A stretch of DNA of 64,000 nt from Candidatus Binatia bacterium (GTDB taxonomy: Bacteria; Desulfobacterota; Binatia; UBA9968; JAJDTQ01). The position numbers and the translations under genes are program-made. Shown piece after piece: positions 59,439 to 64,000 of this stretch (position 1 is the first letter of the stretch; the number at the start of each line of letters is the position of its first letter). The notes beneath the pieces are model-generated. The model did not search any database. It saw only the letters and a list, made by a program, of their open reading frames with translations, and was not told the origin of the DNA. The stretch covers positions 2,464,001 to 2,528,000 of the forward strand of contig OY762897.2 in assembly GCA_963666515.2 (NCBI GenBank), given 5' to 3'.

Positions 59439-61958
59439 ATGACCAAACACGAATCAGAACACCCCGACGGCGCCCCGCGCCTGCTGGAAGGATACCGGGC
59501 GCTGGACCTCACGGACCGCAAGGGCCAGATGTGCGGCCGCTTCCTCGCCGACCTGGGCGTGGAGGTGGTCAAGATCGAGCCGCCCGGCGGCGACCCGGTG
59601 CGGCGGCTGCCCCCTTTCGCCGGCGAGACCAGCCTCACCTTCGCCCATCTCAACGCCAACAAGCGCACCCTGGAGCTGGACCTCGACACGCCCCAGGGCC
59701 GGGAGCGGCTGCGGGCGCTGGCAGCCGAGACCGACATCCTCATCGAGAGCGGCGCGCCCGGGTGGATGGCCGGCCTGGAGCTGGACTATGACCGCCTGAG
59801 TGACATCAACCCTCGCCTGATCATGGCCTCCATCACCGGCTTCGGCCAGTGGGGTCCCTACAGCGGCTTCGCCTGCAACGACCCGGTGGTGTTCGCCATG
59901 TGCGGACTCATGTCCATCTCCGGCGACCCCGACGGCGCGCCGTGCGTGCCGCCCGAGACCCAGGCCTACTACTTCGGCAGCCTCATGGCCGCGCTGGGCA
60001 TCGTGGCGGCGCTCCATCGCCGCGAACGTACCGGCGCCGGCGACTCGATCGACGTGTCCATGCAGGAGGCCCTGGCCACCCAGGAACACATGATCCGGCT
60101 CTACGCCAACGAGGGGGACATCCACCACCGCGCCGGCAGCCAGCACCAGCACGTGGCGCCCGCTCGTATCTTCCCTTGCCGCGACGGTTACGTCTACATC
60201 TACGTCAGCCGGCAGCACTGGCAGAGGTTCCTCGATATCTGGCCCGGCCACCCCGAGGATTTCGACGACCCGGCATACCTCAACAACCTTTTCCGGCGGT
60301 CCCGCGCCGACGTCATCAACCCCGCGGTGAGCGAGTTCACGCGGCGGCACTCCATGGAGGAGCTGACGCGCCTGCTCCAGTCCAACCGTATCCCGTGCCT
60401 GCCCGTGAACCGGCCGCTGGGCTTCCTGCGGGACCCGCACGTGGAAGGACGGCGTTTCGTCCAGGAGGTGCGCTACCCGGACGGGACATCGCTGATCCAG
60501 CCGGCCCTTCCCTGCCTGTTCAGCGGGTCAAGGCCACGGGTCCAGGCTCCGCAGACTGCCGGCCGGGACGGCCAGGACCCCGGTTTCACGCCGAGGCGGG
60601 GCGGCACGCCCGTACCGCGGCCCGGCGAAAGGAACGCCGCTCAGCCCGCGGAAGCCAGGCATGGAGAGGACAGCGCCTCCGCGACGCCCGCGGGGAACGC
60701 AGGGGCGACGACAGGCGCGGCTCCCGGCCGCGTCCACGCCGACGGCCAGGGCCTGCCGCTACAAGGCATGCGCGTGCTGAGCTTCGACCACGTGCTGGCG
60801 GGTCCCTTCGGCATGATGCTGCTGGCGGACCTGGGCGCGGAGGTGCTGAAGGTGGAGTCCGCCAAGGGCGGGCTCGACCCCTTCCGCTTCTTCGGCACCG
60901 GGGACGATCCCAACGCGTCGCCGCGCTTCCTGGAGTTCAACCGCAACAAGCGCTCGGTCACGGTGAACCTCAAGCATCCCGAGGGACCGGGCCTGATCCG
61001 GGAACTGGCGCAACACTGCGACCTGGTGTTGGACAACTTCGCGGCGCGGGTGATGCCGGGCCTGGGACTCGACTACGAGCACCTGGTAGAGCAGAAGCCC
61101 GACATCGTCACCCTGCGGATGCCCGGGCTCGGCGCCACCGGCCCCAAGAAGGACTCCCTGACCCTGGGCACCATCATCACCGGGTTCACCGGCTTCACCT
61201 GGCTGTGGAACGAGTCCGCTGACCTGGACCCGCCGGTGGGGTCGGGCACCGTGCTGCCGGACTACGTGTCGGGAGTCATGGCCGCGATCCTGTCGGTGGC
61301 GGTGACGCTTTACCGCCGAAGGACCGGCCGCGGAATGGCCATGGACATGGCCCAGGCCGAGGCGGCCGCGTTCCTCATCGGCGCCGCCATGATCCAGGCT
61401 GCCAACACCGACACCGAGCCCGTGGCCGTGGGCAACCGGTCGCCCTATCACGCGCCCTACGGCATCTACGCGTGCAAGGGCGACGACCGCTGGTGCGTCA
61501 TCGCCACCGAGGACGAGGCCCAGTGGCGAAAGCTGGCCGCCGCCATCGGGCAGCCGGAATTGGCCGACGACCCTCGGTTCCAGGATTCGGCGGACCGGGT
61601 GCGCAACCGGGCCGAGCTCGACGCCGTCATCGAGGACTGGACCCGGCCCCGCGACTGCCACGAGGTCATGCGGCTGTTGCAGGCGGAAGGGATCCCCTGC
61701 GGCGCGGTGCAGAACGGCGCCGACTTGGTGGAAAACGACCCGCACCTCCAGACCCGCGGCTTCCTCGGCACTCACGACAATCCGCGCTTCGGGCGCCTCA
61801 CCCTCCCCTGCCTCCCCATCCGCTTCGCCCGCACCGACGCCGCTCAGGACTGGGTGTTTCCCGACCTCGGCCGGGACACCGACCGCACCCTTCGCGACGT
61901 GCTCGGCTACGACGACGCACGCATCCGGCAACTGCGGGAGGACGGCGCGCTGGAGTGA
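59439..61958 (+). CDS. Double-domain family III (CaiB/BaiF) CoA-transferase
   Basis: Two copies of LADLG.EV.K.E / N.NKR motifs joined by a Pro/Ala/Gly-rich linker. Confidence 0.9.
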   Translation: MTKHESEHPDGAPRLLEGYRALDLTDRKGQMCGRFLADLGVEVVKIEPPGGDPVRRLPPFAGETSLTFAHLNANKRTLELDLDTPQGRERLRALAAETDILIESGAPGWMAGLELDYDRLSDINPRLIMASITGFGQWGPYSGFACNDPVVFAMCGLMSISGDPDGAPCVPPETQAYYFGSLMAALGIVAALHRRERTGAGDSIDVSMQEALATQEHMIRLYANEGDIHHRAGSQHQHVAPARIFPCRDGYVYIYVSRQHWQRFLDIWPGHPEDFDDPAYLNNLFRRSRADVINPAVSEFTRRHSMEELTRLLQSNRIPCLPVNRPLGFLRDPHVEGRRFVQEVRYPDGTSLIQPALPCLFSGSRPRVQAPQTAGRDGQDPGFTPRRGGTPVPRPGERNAAQPAEARHGEDSASATPAGNAGATTGAAPGRVHADGQGLPLQGMRVLSFDHVLAGPFGMMLLADLGAEVLKVESAKGGLDPFRFFGTGDDPNASPRFLEFNRNKRSVTVNLKHPEGPGLIRELAQHCDLVLDNFAARVMPGLGLDYEHLVEQKPDIVTLRMPGLGATGPKKDSLTLGTIITGFTGFTWLWNESADLDPPVGSGTVLPDYVSGVMAAILSVAVTLYRRRTGRGMAMDMAQAEAAAFLIGAAMIQAANTDTEPVAVGNRSPYHAPYGIYACKGDDRWCVIATEDEAQWRKLAAAIGQPELADDPRFQDSADRVRNRAELDAVIEDWTRPRDCHEVMRLLQAEGIPCGAVQNGADLVENDPHLQTRGFLGTHDNPRFGRLTLPCLPIRFARTDAAQDWVFPDLGRDTDRTLRDVLGYDDARIRQLREDGALE

Positions 61959-61975
61959 AGTAAGCAGTGCCGCTC

Positions 61976-62003
61976 CGTCATTCCGGCGGAAGCCGGAATC
62001 CAG
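61976..62003. repeat. CGTC-type REP (single arm)
   Basis: CGTCATTCCGGCGGAAGCCGGAATCCAG between convergent genes. Confidence 0.8.
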
Positions 62004-62027
62004 GAGGACACCGCAGCTCTTAGCGCC

Positions 62028-62801
62028 TTACGGCTCGTAGGACAGGTTGGAGCGCACCAGGTTGCTGATGCGCCGGTGCATGGGATTCTTGAGCTCCTCG
62101 CCGATGTGGGCCATGGCGCCGAGGGTGCGGCCGATGAGGGCGAAGGCCTTGGCCATCTGCCACTGGAGGCCCATGTCCGAGGCGATGGCGGCGATGGCGC
62201 CGGTGACGTTGATGGGCAAGCCCCGGTTGTGGCGCGCCTCCGCGGCCTTCTTGATCTCTCCCAGGAACTCGCAGTAGCGCCCGCGCACGCCGGTCTCGGC
62301 GGCGATTTCGTACAGCTTGTCGGCGCGGGGATCGCCCTCGGAATGGGTGGCGTGGCCGATGCCGGCGATCCGCTGCTTGCGGTTGGAGTGATCTTCCACG
62401 ACGGCTTGTGCGGTCGCGGCCAGATCGACGTCGCCGCTGTCAAGGGGCAGCGCGTCCTGCAGCATCTTGGCGCAGTACTCCGACGAGCCCAGGTGCACGC
62501 TGCCGGCTCCCAGTAGCGCCGCGGCCACCGCTCCCTGGATCGCCTCCGGCGCCGTGGACACGGTGAAACGCGCGGCGATGATGTTTCCCACCATGCCGTG
62601 CTCCACCAGGACGTTGAGCAGCGCGTCGGTCATGCGTCCCTCGTCCTCGCTGGGGACCCGCCCCACCAGCATGAGGAACGTCATCTGTCCGAAGCTGAGC
62701 TTGCCCAGGATGTCCTGGGTCAGGTCGATGTTGCGGACCAGCACCCGGTGCAGCTCGGCCTTGCCCAATCCGGTTACGATCTTGGTCTTGTCGTCGCTCA
62801 C
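62028..62801 (-). CDS. Citryl-CoA lyase-like / small citrate-synthase-family protein
   Basis: EHG, AAR, AVAAALL..G..H.G, G.GH..H...DPR, PINVTG, R..G..AH..EE. Confidence 0.78.
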   Translation of the reverse strand: MSDDKTKIVTGLGKAELHRVLVRNIDLTQDILGKLSFGQMTFLMLVGRVPSEDEGRMTDALLNVLVEHGMVGNIIAARFTVSTAPEAIQGAVAAALLGAGSVHLGSSEYCAKMLQDALPLDSGDVDLAATAQAVVEDHSNRKQRIAGIGHATHSEGDPRADKLYEIAAETGVRGRYCEFLGEIKKAAEARHNRGLPINVTGAIAAIASDMGLQWQMAKAFALIGRTLGAMAHIGEELKNPMHRRISNLVRSNLSYEP

Positions 62802-62859
62802 GGAGCTCTCCTTGCGGTCACGCGTCCGCTGTCGGGCGCCAAGCCGCGGTTACCAAGCC

Positions 62860-63999
62860 TCACACGTCGATACGCGTATCCCACAGGATCGGGTCGCCGC
62901 CCATGGGGGGGCAGAACAGGTCCACCTGCAACTGCACTTGGCAGCCCGGACAACTGTACTCGTGGTACTCGCCGATGTAGGGCTCGCCGGACGGCAACGC
63001 GTCTTCCATGTAGTCGTTCAGGTCCAGGACGCGGCGCAGCGCGTAGTTCTTGTAGTTCTCCTCGGGGCCGCAGTAGAGGTGGCCGCACTGGATGCAGCGG
63101 ATGGCGTGCCGGCCGTTGCGGCGTGCGATCTCCAGGCTGGCGTGGAAGCGCAGCACCGATTCGTACTCGCCCGCCTGCGCCGGGTCCAGCGCCGAGGTCT
63201 TGCCGGACGGGGGCGCCCCGAGCTGCTTGCGCTCGGCGCGGATGCTCTCCCGCAGGCTGCGCGTGGCCGCCTCGTCCACGGACCGGCCGTCCCTGGCCAG
63301 CACCACGCCGTACACTTCCTCGCCGATCTTGGGGGTGAGCCAGCCGCGGCCGAAGTCCCGCAGCACCAGCGCGGGGTCGCGTTCCAGCGGGTCCCCGAAA
63401 CCGCCGCCTCCGGCCACGTAATCGATAAGCAGGCTTCCCTCCGGCAGCGCCACGCGCTCGGGAACCCCTTCGGGATGGACCACCTTGCCCCAAGTGCCGT
63501 CGCGCATGCCGGTGCCGTCCGGGTACTCGCCCTGCTTGACCCGGTCCAGCAACTCCATGCCCGCGTCCACCATGTAGCGCAGCACGCTCTTGCCGGTGGG
63601 ATAGCCGCCGCACAGGCCGTAGCCGCCCTGGGCCACGCCGCCGTAGGGCTTGTAGTCCACGCTGCAGTCCTGGGAGCCGTATATCCAGTAGATGCGGTAG
63701 CTGCCGAGGCCGCCGCGGTACTTGCCGAAGCCGCTGCCGTCGGGGTTGTGCCCGCGGGTGAAGTAGAGGAACGGGTACTGCATCTCGATGCGCTCGATGT
63801 CGCTGATGCCGGCGGAGGGGATGTTCATGTGGCCGCCGGTGTTGACCCCGTCCCGCAAGGGAGCGCTGCCCATGCCGGCACCGTGGATGTCGTAAAGCCC
63901 CTGGGCCACGCGGATGCCGTCCCGGGTGTGGCCGCCGTAGAAGTAGCCGGGGCCGCCGGCGTAGGCCAGGTTGCCAGTGGTGGAGGCGTTGACGTCCTC
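62860..63999 (-). CDS. Hydantoinase B/oxoprolinase (carboxylase alpha-type) protein with a fused acetone-carboxylase-gamma-like Zn domain (5'-truncated by the window edge)
   Basis: Frame is open to the edge. E.IE..YP, SG.GKYRGG.G, GGGGFGDPLERDP..V..D, YGVV; C-terminal CIQCGH...EYSCPGC. Confidence 0.85.
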   Translation of the reverse strand, partial: EDVNASTTGNLAYAGGPGYFYGGHTRDGIRVAQGLYDIHGAGMGSAPLRDGVNTGGHMNIPSAGISDIERIEMQYPFLYFTRGHNPDGSGFGKYRGGLGSYRIYWIYGSQDCSVDYKPYGGVAQGGYGLCGGYPTGKSVLRYMVDAGMELLDRVKQGEYPDGTGMRDGTWGKVVHPEGVPERVALPEGSLLIDYVAGGGGFGDPLERDPALVLRDFGRGWLTPKIGEEVYGVVLARDGRSVDEAATRSLRESIRAERKQLGAPPSGKTSALDPAQAGEYESVLRFHASLEIARRNGRHAIRCIQCGHLYCGPEENYKNYALRRVLDLNDYMEDALPSGEPYIGEYHEYSCPGCQVQLQVDLFCPPMGGDPILWDTRIDV

Positions 64000-64000
64000 C

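Noticed and set aside
60540-60750. Pro/Ala/Gly-rich stretch in the CoA-transferase as a mis-joined pair of genes
   Set aside because: The frame is continuous and double-domain CaiB proteins with low-complexity linkers are common.

Overview
High-GC bacterial chromosomal window with no CRISPR array, rRNA, prophage or intact IS. The gene orders ispE-spoVG-tRNA(Gln)-prs-rplY-pth-hppA-rpsF-rpsR-DUF2232-rplI and ccsA-hemA-hemC-hemD-hemB suggest a deltaproteobacterial-type lineage (inference). From left to right the window holds: two different complex-II operons back to back (a divergent SdhA/SdhB/HdrB-type 'type E' set, then a mycobacterial Sdh1-like 'type F' set); an SDR and a split transketolase; a Fic module; the ribosomal/housekeeping block; a catabolic operon with three unrelated decarboxylase families and two tandem Zn-dehydrogenase paralogs; an Rpn protein with an internal start; an LLM-VOC-gor-cytochrome c cluster; a full-length B-family DNA polymerase homolog whose polymerase motifs are destroyed while its 3'-5' exonuclease motifs are intact; PAC2 and cytochrome c'; heme biosynthesis; a Gld-like ABC system; a lexA-imuA-imuB-dnaE2 mutagenesis cassette flanked by TA modules; and a CoA-dependent catabolic cluster. 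The best leads are the polymerase-dead/exonuclease-intact PolB, the tandem dual SDH operon, a palindromic REP-like element translated in frame inside ImuB, a candidate AGAC-N4-GTCT LexA box, an intragenic Rpn antitoxin start, and repeated 'antitoxin kept, toxin amputated' TA relics. All family calls come from motif recognition by eye; no database searches were run.
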